Source: an uncultured virus (IMG/VR IMGVR_UViG_3300005827_000008)
Taxonomy: Duplodnaviria > Heunggongvirae > Uroviricota > Caudoviricetes
DNA: 64,000 nt
IMG/VR virus record: IMGVR_UViG_3300005827_000008
Strand: one strand, 5' to 3'
Part shown: positions 1 through 10,580 of the stretch, piece after piece
Layout of the letters: every line of letters begins with the position of its first letter
Numbering within the stretch: position 1 is the first letter of the stretch
Notes under the pieces: model-generated
Databases searched by the model: none
The model's input: the letters and a program-made list of their open reading frames with translations, nothing else
Told to the model about the DNA's origin: nothing
Made by a program: the position numbers and the translations under genes

Positions 1-66
1 ACCTTTTGGTAGTATAACCTGTGGTGTCCAGTTCGGTTAGTTGGGACTGGCTGAGTACTATGCTTT

Positions 67-453
67 TCATCCGTTAATCTTTAAAAATACACTATCACTT
101 TTCTCAATCAGCTTTACCACTACATCCGGGGGCGCATCAAAAGCAATTGCAATATCCGATATTTTGGTTCCGCTTAGATATTCTGCTTTCATCATTTTTT
201 CGCACTCAGGGTGGTTTAGGAATAATTCGTGCCGGAACTCGTTAAATGGCTGGTTGAATTTTCCGTTTTCAACTTCATTTAGAAATTTAGCTACCCTAAC
301 AACAGTATCGTATTGAATCTTGTGCCTCCCGCTTGCCCAATCGTAAAAAGCCGTTCTTGCAAGTCCAAGTATTTCGGACATTGCCGCAATTGAAACTTGG
401 CTTCTCCTTAGCCTGTAACGAACCTCTGCAAAAAACTCAATCTGACTTTTCAT
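67..453 (-). CDS. XRE-like HTH DNA-binding protein
   Basis: SIAAMSEILGLARTAFYDWASG fits an HTH pattern; a second HTH-like segment lies at the C-terminus. Confidence 0.6.
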   Translation of the reverse strand: MKSQIEFFAEVRYRLRRSQVSIAAMSEILGLARTAFYDWASGRHKIQYDTVVRVAKFLNEVENGKFNQPFNEFRHELFLNHPECEKMMKAEYLSGTKISDIAIAFDAPPDVVVKLIEKSDSVFLKING

Positions 454-596
454 TTGTTTGATTTAAGCCCGTCTTCCAAAAGGATTCTAACCATATCTGT
501 GATTTTTCTTCGTTCTTTTATCGCTAGTTCTTGAACTGTTGCATAAAACAATTCGGAAACCCTTGTTGATAATACCTTTGTTTTTTCTCTTGGCAT
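450..596 (-). CDS. Small ribbon-helix-helix-like regulator, 48 aa (not in ORF track)
   Basis: Hand translation gives MPREKTKVLSTRVSELFYATVQELAIKERRKITDMVRILLEDGLKSNK; its TGA overlaps the next ATG (ATGA). Confidence 0.6.
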   Translation of the reverse strand: MPREKTKVLSTRVSELFYATVQELAIKERRKITDMVRILLEDGLKSNK

Positions 597-615
597 ATTG
601 TTTAACTATTAATCA

Positions 616-945
616 TTACGTAAAGAACACCATGCAGCCACTATCATTATCTTTGGCTTTCTGATTATCCCTTTCGGCTTCAAGGTCTTTTTTCATCCAG
701 TAAACCTGGTCTGAATAACAAGGGTTATTCCATGATCCAATTTCTTCAATTAGCTTTTGTGAATCTTCTAAATTGAGTGTGTCAAATTTCTCACGTAGCA
801 TACTCATGTGGTGAATGATATTGGCGGGGGTTGGCTTTGGTATGTCTAGCTGTTCTGCTTTTTTACACTTGTCGCATTGCGCTTCACAAGTGTAGCCGTT
901 CTTTTCTCTTTCGGCACAATAGAAACTTATTTGTAGTTTGCTCAT
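616..945 (-). CDS. Hypothetical protein with Cys-rich N-terminus
   Basis: 109-aa ORF in a tightly packed minus-strand operon. Confidence 0.6.
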   Translation of the reverse strand: MSKLQISFYCAEREKNGYTCEAQCDKCKKAEQLDIPKPTPANIIHHMSMLREKFDTLNLEDSQKLIEEIGSWNNPCYSDQVYWMKKDLEAERDNQKAKDNDSGCMVFFT

Positions 946-946
946 G

Positions 947-1198
947 CTATTGTTCGCTTAGTTCGCTTAATCCATTGGCAGTAAACCCAAGTGCGGTTAG
1001 GCAATCTTCTACTGTCAAGTCTTCTGGGCGAACACCCATTAAATAACTGCGGCACTTATCCCTTAAAGATGCCGTTTCCGCAAACTTGTCTTTCTGCTTG
1101 CCAATTCTGGCTGCTAAATCAATCAATGCGGGTTTTGAAAGTTTTTTAACTTCAATTTTCCATTCTTCTCCGTATGGAGTGTAATCTTGGTTTACCAT
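947..1198 (-). CDS. Hypothetical protein
   Basis: 83-aa ORF packed against the next gene. Confidence 0.6.
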   Translation of the reverse strand: MVNQDYTPYGEEWKIEVKKLSKPALIDLAARIGKQKDKFAETASLRDKCRSYLMGVRPEDLTVEDCLTALGFTANGLSELSEQ

Positions 1199-1304
1199 AT
1201 CTGTATTTTCTTAGTATTTAATTGTTTTGTCCCAGCAAATAATCTGGCCAGCGAAGTCAAAAGGCCATTTGAACCATGCTTTGATTTTTTCGCGTAAGGC
1301 GAAT

Positions 1305-1820
1305 CTACATCTTTTTAATACTATTTAACTCGTCATAAGCTTCTAAAAACCTACGTTTTGCGTACCCTGCCGACCAACAAACGAAATTGTCAACTAGCGG
1401 CTTTTTAAGCATTAAATGCTCCCACTCAAATTGCAACATTTCTTCATCAATTTGTTTCACGGGTTTTTCAAGCGGGTATTTGAACCCAAACTTTTCAGCA
1501 ATCAAAGCCATTAACTTGTCCTCAATCCCTTTGTAGTTGCTCAATCCCTGTTTAATTGGGCGCGGAATGTCCAAAAGGTAGGCTTCGGAAGCGTCATGTA
1601 GCAATGCCTGTAATTTGTATTCGCGACCTACCATTTGGCTGCACAGAAAACTGTGTTGCGCTACTGAATAGAATTCAGGCAGGTGTCCACCGAAACGGCA
1701 TTGATTAGAGAGGGCGTGAGCAATGTCTTTAATGCTTATCATTTCAAGCGTTGGCTCAAATACGTTCATGTAAATTCCTGTGAATGTTCTGATGCAATTT
1801 GGTGTATATAAGTTTTCCAT
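1305..1820 (-). CDS. HD-domain phosphohydrolase (YfbR/YfdR-like 5'-deoxynucleotidase)
   Basis: DIAHALSNQCRFGGH, YSVAQHS and ALLHDASEAYLLD motifs; likely ATG at 1820. Confidence 0.85.
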   Translation of the reverse strand: MENLYTPNCIRTFTGIYMNVFEPTLEMISIKDIAHALSNQCRFGGHLPEFYSVAQHSFLCSQMVGREYKLQALLHDASEAYLLDIPRPIKQGLSNYKGIEDKLMALIAEKFGFKYPLEKPVKQIDEEMLQFEWEHLMLKKPLVDNFVCWSAGYAKRRFLEAYDELNSIKKM

Positions 1821-1824
1821 GGTG

Positions 1825-3101
1825 TCAATTAAATAAATCAATTTCTAATTTGTGCGCCCGCTTCATCAAAATACTCAATGCTTCTACGCATAAATAACTT
1901 TCGTATGGCGGTGTTTTGCCTGAGTATTCTGTATTCATTAGGGTAGTAGAGATTATGCTGAGTTCTCCGGTGGTCAGGTCAATAAAGTCTTTGGTAATAT
2001 CTATACCCTGACTAACGAAATACGCTAATTGCAAATTTTCTCTTTCTGGTTCTGTTAATAGTTCTGATAGTGTTGCCATTGCTACTTTGATAATAATTTT
2101 AAGGACAGAAACCAGTTAAAAATATGGTTTTTAACCCCAAGCGAATAGCCCCACTTTCCTGTAATTAAAAAGACAATAGGAACACATGCAATCATTAGTA
2201 CCATTGTAATGATTGCAAAAGGCAGCGTTAGCCTAACCCAAAAATTAACTGACGTTTCTTCCTCGTAATAAAAATCCATCTTTAACTCAATCAATCTATC
2301 GCATAGTTCCTCGGCATCAATTTTTGATAACTCAGGGAATGCCTTTTTAAAATCCGGTATGTATGCATAGTTGTTGCGCCAAGTCCTGTGTAGTTTTCTG
2401 TATATCATTGCTTTACGGTTTATATCTAATCCAACGACTTAACTAGAACTTCCAGTTTTTCAGCAAACTCAGCAGACATTGCCCGCAGGCTTGCAACTCT
2501 TGTCTTGTCGCTTGCAAACCTAATATAATGATCTCTCATGTTTATTAAATCCTTCTTTATGTCGGTCTGGCGACTCCCTTTAAGGTCTAACTTTAACTGG
2601 TCTTGTAGGGTTGTCTTTTTTATTATCTCAATGGCAATTTCGCTTATTGCCTTTTCTAGCAGCATCAAATCTTTTCGTAGATTACCCTGCTCTTTGCAAA
2701 GTTGGTTGTACTCATGGTCTGGCATCCTTCCATTTGTCCTAATCTCCGTTTTTATAATAGAGTGCTTTAACTCAATCTGCCTTTTGTCAAATATAAGTTT
2801 ATCTTTTTGTTGGTTCAGGTTGTTGATTGAAACCTGAAGATCAATAATGCTTTGTCCCGGATTTGTCATTTATGTATTACGGTTTATAGTTATACTTCTC
2901 TTTCAACACGGCAACCAGCTTTTTTATGTTCTCAGGCTCCAATGTTTTTCTGAAACCATTTAACAGACGGGTGCTAGTGCCTGATTGAAACCCGCACTTA
3001 AAGTCAACATATAAAAGATTAAACCTGTCACGGTCTTGCCTGATAAATTCAAGCGCACGGGTTAATGTTTGTGCGTCTTTTTCTGTTTGTTTTAAAATCA
3101 T
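1825..3101 (-). CDS. Four hypothetical genes (1825-2079, 2082-2408 membrane protein, 2426-2869 coiled-coil, 2877-3101)
   Basis: Co-oriented, tightly packed ATG-start ORFs. Confidence 0.6.
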
Positions 3102-3105
3102 GGTA

Positions 3106-3189
3106 CAAAGATATAAACTGTTATAACAAAAACAACATAATAAATAATTATTTTTTTTCTTGCATATTAATTTTATGTCCTTACCTTTG
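3106..3189. promoter_or_regulatory. Divergent Bacteroidota-type promoter pair
   Basis: TATCTTTG on the minus strand (3106-3113) and TACCTTTG on the plus strand (3182-3189) match the TAnnTTTG -7 consensus at a strand switch. Confidence 0.7.
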
Positions 3190-3273
3190 TGATGTAGTTA
3201 TGCAAAACAAGGACTTGGCTAAATGGCCAGGTTCTTGTTTAAATGAAGTAGTAAAGTAATAAACAAAAAAAAT

Positions 3274-4410
3274 ATGGCACACGAAGAACAACACCAACAA
3301 GAATTGACATATTTCAAAATGAACATGTTGCAAGCGGAAATTGAAATGCAGGGAATGATTGCAGAAAACAGACAAAGAGAAATGTTAGGACATGTCCTTA
3401 CGTATTCTGAAAAGGATTTTAAAGATTTGATTGAAAAGCATGGAATTCACCATAACCAATTTCCGTTTGCAAAACACTAGAAGCACAGAAATCCCTAAAG
3501 AACATCAATTAAGGTGCGAAGGTTGCGGAAAAATGCTCGATATGCGCGACCCGTCAATTTTGTTGCATGGATGGATTGAGGGCAACGAAATAGTTTGCTA
3601 TGACGATGACCAGATACCATATTCATCAAGTAAAAAAATAGGCGACACCGTTCAATGGACTGCCGATAAAAAACCAATAAACCTGAACTGAGCGACTAAC
3701 GCATCAATACACACTATAAATCAAAACAACATGAACAAAGAAACAAGACAATTTATTTGGGGATTGGTGCTGCTACTGGTTTGCGGTATTGGTGTGTCTA
3801 TTCATTTGAATAACATAGCAAACGGGACGTGGCCGGGCGGCATCAATTATCTTTATTCTTTCCTGTTTTCAATAGTAGGGTGTATTGCGGGATTTTATTA
3901 TGTGATAAAAAACACGTTGTAATCAATGAAACAACAAAACGAGAATACCCCCGCTATAAGCCAGTTTTTTATCGGGCAAAAAATATCTTCTATTTATGAA
4001 GCAAACAAAGGCTATACAGTGGTTGATGTTGATTCAAAGCAAGACAGAATTTTACTCAGGCAAGATGGAATCGAAAAGCCGCAATGGTTTACCTTATCCG
4101 AACTTACAAAATAAACAGCCTTTAACCAATGACAAGCGAAGAATTTAAAACAAAAGTTGAGTCTATCCCAGGCCAACAACTTACGGAAATGGCGCAAGCT
4201 GCAATTTCTGAACTATGCAAAACGGGTGGGCAAAGTTTTACAATGTCAGCTCCCCCAAGCATACAAGATACTGATATAATTTTGTCGGAGGTTGTTAGAA
4301 GGTTTGAGGTATGGAAACCAGTTGGATGCCAGCATAATTGGTTGAAGTCTCACTCAAATCACATGCTTTATTGTGGAATCTGTGGCAAATACAAACCCGA
4401 AGGTAGCTAA
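3274..4410 (+). CDS. Cluster of small hypothetical genes (3274-3480, ~3440-3691, 3731-3922 two-TM, 3926-4114, 4129-4410)
   Basis: Co-oriented ORFs with A-rich translation-initiation regions. Confidence 0.55.
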
Positions 4411-4413
4411 CCA

Positions 4414-4830
4414 ATGAAACTATCCCCAAACAAAATGGGCATCCACTTAGCCACATATTCAAAAAACTCATACTGGAAGTTTTTGGGGCCAGAAGATAAG
4501 ATTCACGCTGAGTGTGTGGACTTTCTTAGTGCCACTGATTTAATATGGGCGCACCCACCAAACGAAGGGAAAAGAACCCCTTTTGAGCAATTTAAAGCAA
4601 AAGTTCTGGGAATAACGTCAGGGCTAATGGATTTTCTTATCTTTGAGCCACACGCAGGTTATTGCGGGCTATTTATAGAGATTAAGGCAGGGAAAAACAC
4701 ACAATCCCCGTCACAACTAGAAATGGCCGCAAAGCTATCCGCAAAGGGTTATAGGTGTACCGTATGCTATTCTAAAGATGAGTTTGTAAAAGCAGTTGAA
4801 GATTATTTGAAAATAAATTTGCATAATTGA
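4414..4830 (+). CDS. VRR-NUC domain nuclease (Holliday junction resolvase-like)
   Basis: HPPNEGKR, GITSGLMDFLI, GLFIEIKAGKNTQSPSQ and GYRCTVC motifs. Confidence 0.85.
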   Translation: MKLSPNKMGIHLATYSKNSYWKFLGPEDKIHAECVDFLSATDLIWAHPPNEGKRTPFEQFKAKVLGITSGLMDFLIFEPHAGYCGLFIEIKAGKNTQSPSQLEMAAKLSAKGYRCTVCYSKDEFVKAVEDYLKINLHN

Positions 4831-4841
4831 AATTGATGTTT

Positions 4842-4950
4842 TAGTTTTGTTGTACCTTTTACGCTCCGACAAGCAAAATAGGATTTTCTCAATTAAACAG
4901 ATACAAGTAACCCCCATTCTTTTGTCGGAGCGTTGGGGGTTTACTTTTTT
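4842..4950 (+). promoter_or_regulatory. Promoter plus structured leader/terminator (element A)
   Basis: TAGTTTTG at 4842; ACGCTCCGACAA (4861-4872) is complementary to the loop (4922-4933) of a downstream hairpin with a T-tract. Confidence 0.65.
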
Positions 4951-4974
4951 ATATGCTTATTAATTAACACCGTC

Positions 4975-5653
4975 ATGAAAGAATCACTCCTGGATTTTGA
5001 AAACGAAAAGCGTGAAAAGGGGTATAAACCGTTTCAACTTACGCCCGAAAGCATAGCAGCAAACATTGGCAAAACAATTTGCTACGTTGATTATGTGGAA
5101 CCACACAGGGGAACTTATTTTGTTCGCTATGGTGTTATACATGGCAGCAAACGAAAAATGCTGATTATAGACAACGGCAATAAAGAAATTGAGATTTCTA
5201 AAATTAAGGAATGTGGGATTAAAATTTAACACCATGATACAAGCAAAAGAATTACGAACCGGGAACCTTGTTGAATACTTCTTAGGGGAAAATAATGAGG
5301 GTGAAAATTGGGAGCCAACCGCTTTAGATTGGCAAGATATTAAGTGGTGCGAGGAAGACAACGAAGAATTTAACAGGCGGCACCGACCAATTAAACTTAC
5401 AGAAGAAAAGCTTATGCGCCTTGGCTTTGCAGAAGGGAATAACACGTACTTCACACGGATATTTGAGGCGAACCACGCTAATACCGATGGGGAGTTTTCT
5501 ATAAATATAAAGTTCTCTATAAACATATCATTAAAATATGGCACCTTACAAATAGGGTTAGGTGAGCCTTTTCTTATTGCCCCGCAATGGGTTCACTCTT
5601 TGCAAAATACTGTTTTTACACTCACCGGAGAAGAATTATCTTACAAAAAATAA
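4975..5653 (+). CDS. Two hypothetical genes (4975-5229; 5234-5653)
   Basis: ATG starts; the second begins MIQAKELRTGNLV, a pattern I associate with Bacteroidota phage proteins. Confidence 0.6.
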
Positions 5654-5682
5654 AAACCCCTTGACATTATGAAAAAGTTCAC

Positions 5683-5800
5683 TAATTTTGTACCACTAAC
5701 ATAGTGAAGGATGTTAAGTTTCAATAGGCCGTATTTCTCATTCATATTATACGCTACCAGAAGCCCCGCAGTCCTTCACCTGTTGGGGCTTTACTTTTTT
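5683..5800 (+). promoter_or_regulatory. Promoter plus structured leader/terminator (element B)
   Basis: TAATTTTG at 5683; GTGAAGGA (5704-5711) is complementary to the loop TCCTTCAC (5772-5779) of the AAGCCCC/GGGGCTT hairpin with a T-tract. Confidence 0.6.
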
Positions 5801-5811
5801 AATCAAGTTTT

Positions 5812-7033
5812 ATGAGCAAAACAAACAAGCTAATCCCAATACGAGGCTCTATACAGCCAATGTATTACTACTCAAAGGGTATGGTGTATTATGCTTCTGG
5901 AAACTGTGTAGTGTACTCGTGTGCTGCATCAATGGACGAGGTTATTAGTATTTTTGACGGCAAAAGGAGCCTTATGGGCATGGGGTACGAGTATGTGTAC
6001 CTTAACCTTACCCCAGAAGCGCAACCGCCCGGATATTTAATTGAAAGGTTTGTTGAAAAAAATCGCAACCGATTCTCTTTTGATGCGACTAAAACATTGG
6101 ATTATTTTGGAAGCAGGCTTTTAAATATTCTTAACAATAAATTACAGGCTACATGAGCAACCCCCTTCCCACAACAGACGAATTGGCTTTAAAAAAGGCA
6201 AGAGAAATAATTGACAAATTCAATGAGTTCGATGTATTCTGTGAGGCTTGCGTAATGGCAGATTATATGGTTGGCGAAATTTTGAATATTGGGTTAATAA
6301 TGTATTCACATGAGCCTACTCGAAAGTTCTGGGAGCAAGTCAGAGAATATGTAAAGGTAATTCATGCAAGTGACGGTAAAAACTGGTAAACAAAAACTTT
6401 ATGAGCAACGAAATAAGCAACAATAACTTGCCCGTTGAATATCTGACAGTAGATGAAATAGTGTCAAAATACGGGGCTTTATTTACCGAAAACGAGGTAA
6501 ACGAACTTAGAAAAATTGATATTGTAAAAAACCGTAAAATTTTGGACACAAACCCATTAATCCCAATGATGCTGATAAACGATTTAAAGGCATGGTTTCC
6601 GGCATCTACCCCACCCAATGAGCCGGGCTGGTATATATGCGAACTAAAGAACGGTGATAAAATAAAAGTCCCGCTTGCACACACAATGTCTGGCAGCTTA
6701 GTTTGGGTTATACCAGATTCGAGCCAAGTAGTTAAATGGAGAGAGTTTTAACCCCCACTATTATGCACGAAGAATTAATTAACAATATCAGAAACATAAA
6801 ACAAAGGCTTTTAATTTAAAAACGAAATGAAATCATTTGTAGAACACAAAATCGAAGAAATTTACAATGTTGCCATAAAACTTGGAGTAGAAAAAGCAAC
6901 TGATATGGAAAAGGATTTATTTAAAAAAGCACTAAGGCAAATTGCAGTAGCAGCTATTGATGAAGTAAGAGGTAATATTGGTCAGTTGCTTCACGAAGAA
7001 AGTAATAAATACACTAATGGAAACGGTCAGTAG
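5812..7033 (+). CDS. Four hypothetical genes (5812-6156, 6153-6389, 6401-6751, 6827-7033)
   Basis: Co-oriented ORFs, one with an ATGA overlap. Confidence 0.6.
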
Positions 7034-7043
7034 CCTTGCACAT

Positions 7044-7385
7044 AACGTGTTTTCGCTTGCCGTCAGGTGGGGCAATCGAAACACTAAGTTGTCAAACCAC
7101 CACCGAACTTTAATTGAAAAACTGCACTTGGGTTTAACGCATAACCCCCACTTGTGGCAAACGAATGTTGTGCGAAGTGTTTTATTATGATACAATACAA
7201 AGTTTTCAGAATTGTTGGCAATGAAGAACTACCTGACGGAGTGCTTCGCCAAATTATTGAAGATGCAAGTTTCTCTTGGTACGAAAGCATAGAGGAAGCA
7301 TTTCAAAGAATAAAAGAAATAGGAGATGATTATGTTGATTACACTGTTTTGCCTGTTTTGCGGATGGATTAACATTTCGCACAAC
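7044..7385 (+). mobile_element. Integron-like gene cassette 1 (5' hairpin plus gene 7187-7372)
   Basis: AAC at 7044; arms TTCGCTTGCCGTCAGGTGGGG / CCCCACTTGTGGCAAACGAA; GTTGTGCGAAGTGTT (7167) is mirrored by AACATTTCGCACAAC (7371-7385). Confidence 0.75.
7187..7372 (+). CDS. Cassette-borne hypothetical protein, 61 aa
   Basis: ATG just after the GTT core; TAA overlaps the terminal inverted repeat. Confidence 0.65.
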   Translation: MIQYKVFRIVGNEELPDGVLRQIIEDASFSWYESIEEAFQRIKEIGDDYVDYTVLPVLRMD

Positions 7386-7400
7386 TTGCGTATATGTATA

Positions 7401-7429
7401 ACTAACTAGTATAACACTATATTGTAAAT
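7401..7429 (+). repeat. Post-cassette conserved motif ACTAACTAGTATAACACTATATTGTAAAT
   Basis: Exact 29-bp copy at 10936-10964 and a partial copy at 49191-49205, each 15 nt after the cassette-terminal AAC. Confidence 0.9.
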
Positions 7430-7439
7430 CAAATAATTT

Positions 7440-9125
7440 ATGACCACAGATAAAACAAAGAACGAGGGGGTGCCAATGACAGCGAAAGAGATTCGTGACC
7501 AGTCGGGCAGATTTCTTGCCCAAGTAGAGTTATATTGCAATAAAATCAGGTGGGAATTAGGTAATCTTGATGGGTTGGAAGATTGGCAAGTAATGAAAAT
7601 TGAGGATTTTTCTAATTCGGCTATACAGAGGTTTAAAGAGTTGCAGGAACTTGTAAAAATAAAGCCGGAAAATTGACCGCTATGTACATATCAAAAAGGA
7701 TAGAGAAATAATAAAAAACGAATATGAAACAGTTCACTATTTTAAACAAACAAACAGAATTATCAGCCCCAACTGCATTTGCATGGGGTGAGGTTCGCTA
7801 CCTTATTGACGATGGATTAAACGTCTGGCAGGTTTTCAAGGGGGATGGAGAAACTGTAATTGAAAAAAATCCAGACCTATACGTGCAGTTTGATAATACC
7901 TCGCAAGAAATGAACCGACTGCAAAAGCTAAAAGCGGATTACCATAAAATTGAAAACGGAACCCACGGATTTTCCAAGGACGGAAATGTTTCCAAGGATG
8001 GGATTAAACCACCTTCTGTGTTTAAGTAGTATGGCACCTCCAAAATGCGAAAACTGCGGAAAATTCGCTCCAATTAGACTTATGGATAATGTTTTTATCC
8101 GTGTTTTATATGGGCAATTTTCAGTAGATCGGGAACTTTTTTATCACAGAACATGTCCACCCAAAAAGCAAAAGTAAAATGGAAAAGATTTTAGTAAAAA
8201 CAAATACTGTTGGCGGGATGGAAATTGATGGGTATCCGGTTACGTGCCAGACAAAGACGATTAGAGCCGAACTTGATTTAATTCACGAAGCCAATACAGA
8301 ATTTTACCTTCCAGACACATATACATACGAATTAATTGAGTCTAACTTTTGGGGTAAGTATGTAGCAAAAATAGTTTACACACAAAATAAAAATAATATG
8401 TACAATGTAACATGCCTTGTCACAGGCAAAAGTGACAACCTAAGAATGCACGCCATGAGAAGCGAAAAGGGCGAAATGATAGGATGGGTTTTTCTTCACG
8501 AAAGCCTATCGTTAGAAGACATTGAAACAGAAGTTTCGTGGAAACATAAAATCAGTGCTGGAAATATTGCTATTACAAAAACCGGATTAAAATCAACCAA
8601 CTAATAAATCCAAATGAAAAAGAAAACTGTAGTTATGCAAGTTTCTTTGCATGAAATAGCGGCAGACATCGCTATTAATATCCAGTCGGGCAAAATTGAT
8701 TTATCAAAAGATACGCTACGTGGGATTGCTGATAAGATAGGGAGAAAAGGGTGTTCCCCTCAGCAAATCAAACACCACCTACAAGGGCTTGTTACATTGG
8801 GCTTTTTGTCTATTGTAGGCGGGAATATTATCTATATTGCGCCAGTGCAAGAAAAACGTAATCCAGAAGATTTTAAAAAGTGGAGGGACTATTTAGCCAA
8901 TAACGCATGAGCAGCAATACAACAACAAACCCTGCATCGAAACAAGAATTTGTTAACGGACGGCTTTATGGCCAATTAGTGAAGCGAAGGAAAGATGGAT
9001 TTTGCCAAAAGTGTAACGGTGAAATTAAGAAAGGCGACCAAGTATTAGTGGTAAAGGAACTGGATGGGTTTACAATAAAACCCATAGGGTTGTGCCATGT
9101 AGAGTGTTTTAAAGATTTTAGTTAA
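7440..9125 (+). CDS. Hypothetical gene cluster (7440-7676, 7724-8029, 8179-8604, 8614-8910 winged-HTH-like, 8907-9125 Zn-ribbon-like)
   Basis: TLRGIADKIG..SPQQIKHHLQGL resembles a wHTH; the last ORF has CxxC...CHxxC. Confidence 0.55.
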
Positions 9126-9181
9126 CGATAAAGTTTTGTATGTAAATGCAGGAAGCCTTTGGCTAAGTTGTAATATATTTC

Positions 9182-9886
9182 ATGACCACTATTATACCAT
9201 ACAACCTAATAACCACACACCCAGACGTACTTCATTATTGGGTTAAGTTAAAATGTTATGGTATAGTTTACAATTTCAACTTTCGCAATTTAGCCGGGAT
9301 ACTCAGAGTTAGCCCCACAACAGCCGGGAAACACTTTAAGGTTATGCAAGAACTTGGGTTAGTGCATTTTACTGGCAAAAACTTAGTAGTTACAGGTAAT
9401 AAAAAACTTTCACAAAAATACAGATTAGTAAAAACAAGGGTATTCAGGAAGAAATCTGCTCAGAAAATGGCATTTTTCTCCCTGGTTATCGGTGACAACA
9501 TAAAAAAACAGTCCAAAAGGATAAGTAAAAAGCTGAATATAATAAAAAGGCTTAGGTCGAATAGAAGAATAACCTCACAGCAGTACCGTGTAATACGTGT
9601 AAATGGTGGAGAGGCAGCGTTTGAAAACTCTTTTAATACTAAAACTATGTTGTCAAATAAAAAAATAGGTCGTATGCTTTACAGGGCACCCCGTACAGCA
9701 TCGAAGTACCAGAAGGCAATGAAAGACCTTGGATTGATAACGAAGCGGGCAAACCTGCGCTTAGTTGCAAAAAACGTGGGTTTAAAAAAGTTTGCTTGTG
9801 AGGTCGGTAGGAACATGATTGTTATAGGTAGTGACCTTTACAGACAACTTCCGAACTACATATCAGTACATAGCCTTAGTAGTTAG
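9182..9886 (+). CDS. Basic protein with two wHTH-like segments (possible replication initiator or regulator)
   Basis: NLAGILRVSPTTAGKHFKVMQELGLV and KIGRMLYRAPRTASKYQKAMKDLGLI. Confidence 0.5.
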   Translation: MTTIIPYNLITTHPDVLHYWVKLKCYGIVYNFNFRNLAGILRVSPTTAGKHFKVMQELGLVHFTGKNLVVTGNKKLSQKYRLVKTRVFRKKSAQKMAFFSLVIGDNIKKQSKRISKKLNIIKRLRSNRRITSQQYRVIRVNGGEAAFENSFNTKTMLSNKKIGRMLYRAPRTASKYQKAMKDLGLITKRANLRLVAKNVGLKKFACEVGRNMIVIGSDLYRQLPNYISVHSLSS

Positions 9887-9951
9887 AACAAAACTGAACA
9901 AAGGGGTTTAAAACAAAAAAAAGAACTAATTTTACAAAATAAATAAGCGCA

Positions 9952-10580
9952 ATGGAAACAGAAATTACAAAAAGCGAATACGGTAAATTTTTCGCTAAGT
10001 ACGGGGCGGTACACCGCAAGTCAATACACTCAGACTTGTTGTCATATATAAGAAAAACAAAAGGGGGTGTTACTTTTGTTTTTAACAAGCAAACATTAGG
10101 AGGCAAAAATGTAATATCGGCAACCGAAGTCCATCCCGGCAGCAGTGAGGTTATTTTTTCTCTAATTGAGTTTTACAACCTTGCTGATCTTGAACAACTT
10201 TTAGACCGGAGTAGATTAATTAAAGGGTTAAAAATAGCACAATGGGACACTTCACAAAGCGGTTAGAATATGCGCACATGGTTAAAATGCGCATAAAAAG
10301 CAACAAAGTTTTACAAAAGGTTCAATCAGATATGCAATCCGGCATACCCATATTGTACGAAACTTATATGCAGTTGATGCTACAACTACCAGAAATATTC
10401 CAGAAAAACGAACTGGTTAAACTGGTTCAATGGCAATCCATCCCCACTGAAATACACAAGGGATATGCTAAAGAAGTTGAAGAAATGGCCAAATCAGGAC
10501 AATTAACCAATACAACTCAGATGGAAAACCTGTGGCTTAAATGGTATCTAAAGTATAACGTGCCGTTTTATGCGGTGTAA
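9952..10580 (+). CDS. Two hypothetical genes (9952-10266, 10242-10580)
   Basis: ORF track; the second gene's TAA forms the TAAC junction of cassette 2. Confidence 0.55.

Noticed and set aside
7044..7385. Cassette units as IS elements or MITEs
   Set aside because: No transposase, no target duplication beyond AAC, and the terminal repeats differ between units
7966..8003. Short tandem duplication TTTCCAAGGA
   Set aside because: Two copies inside a coding region with no further structure
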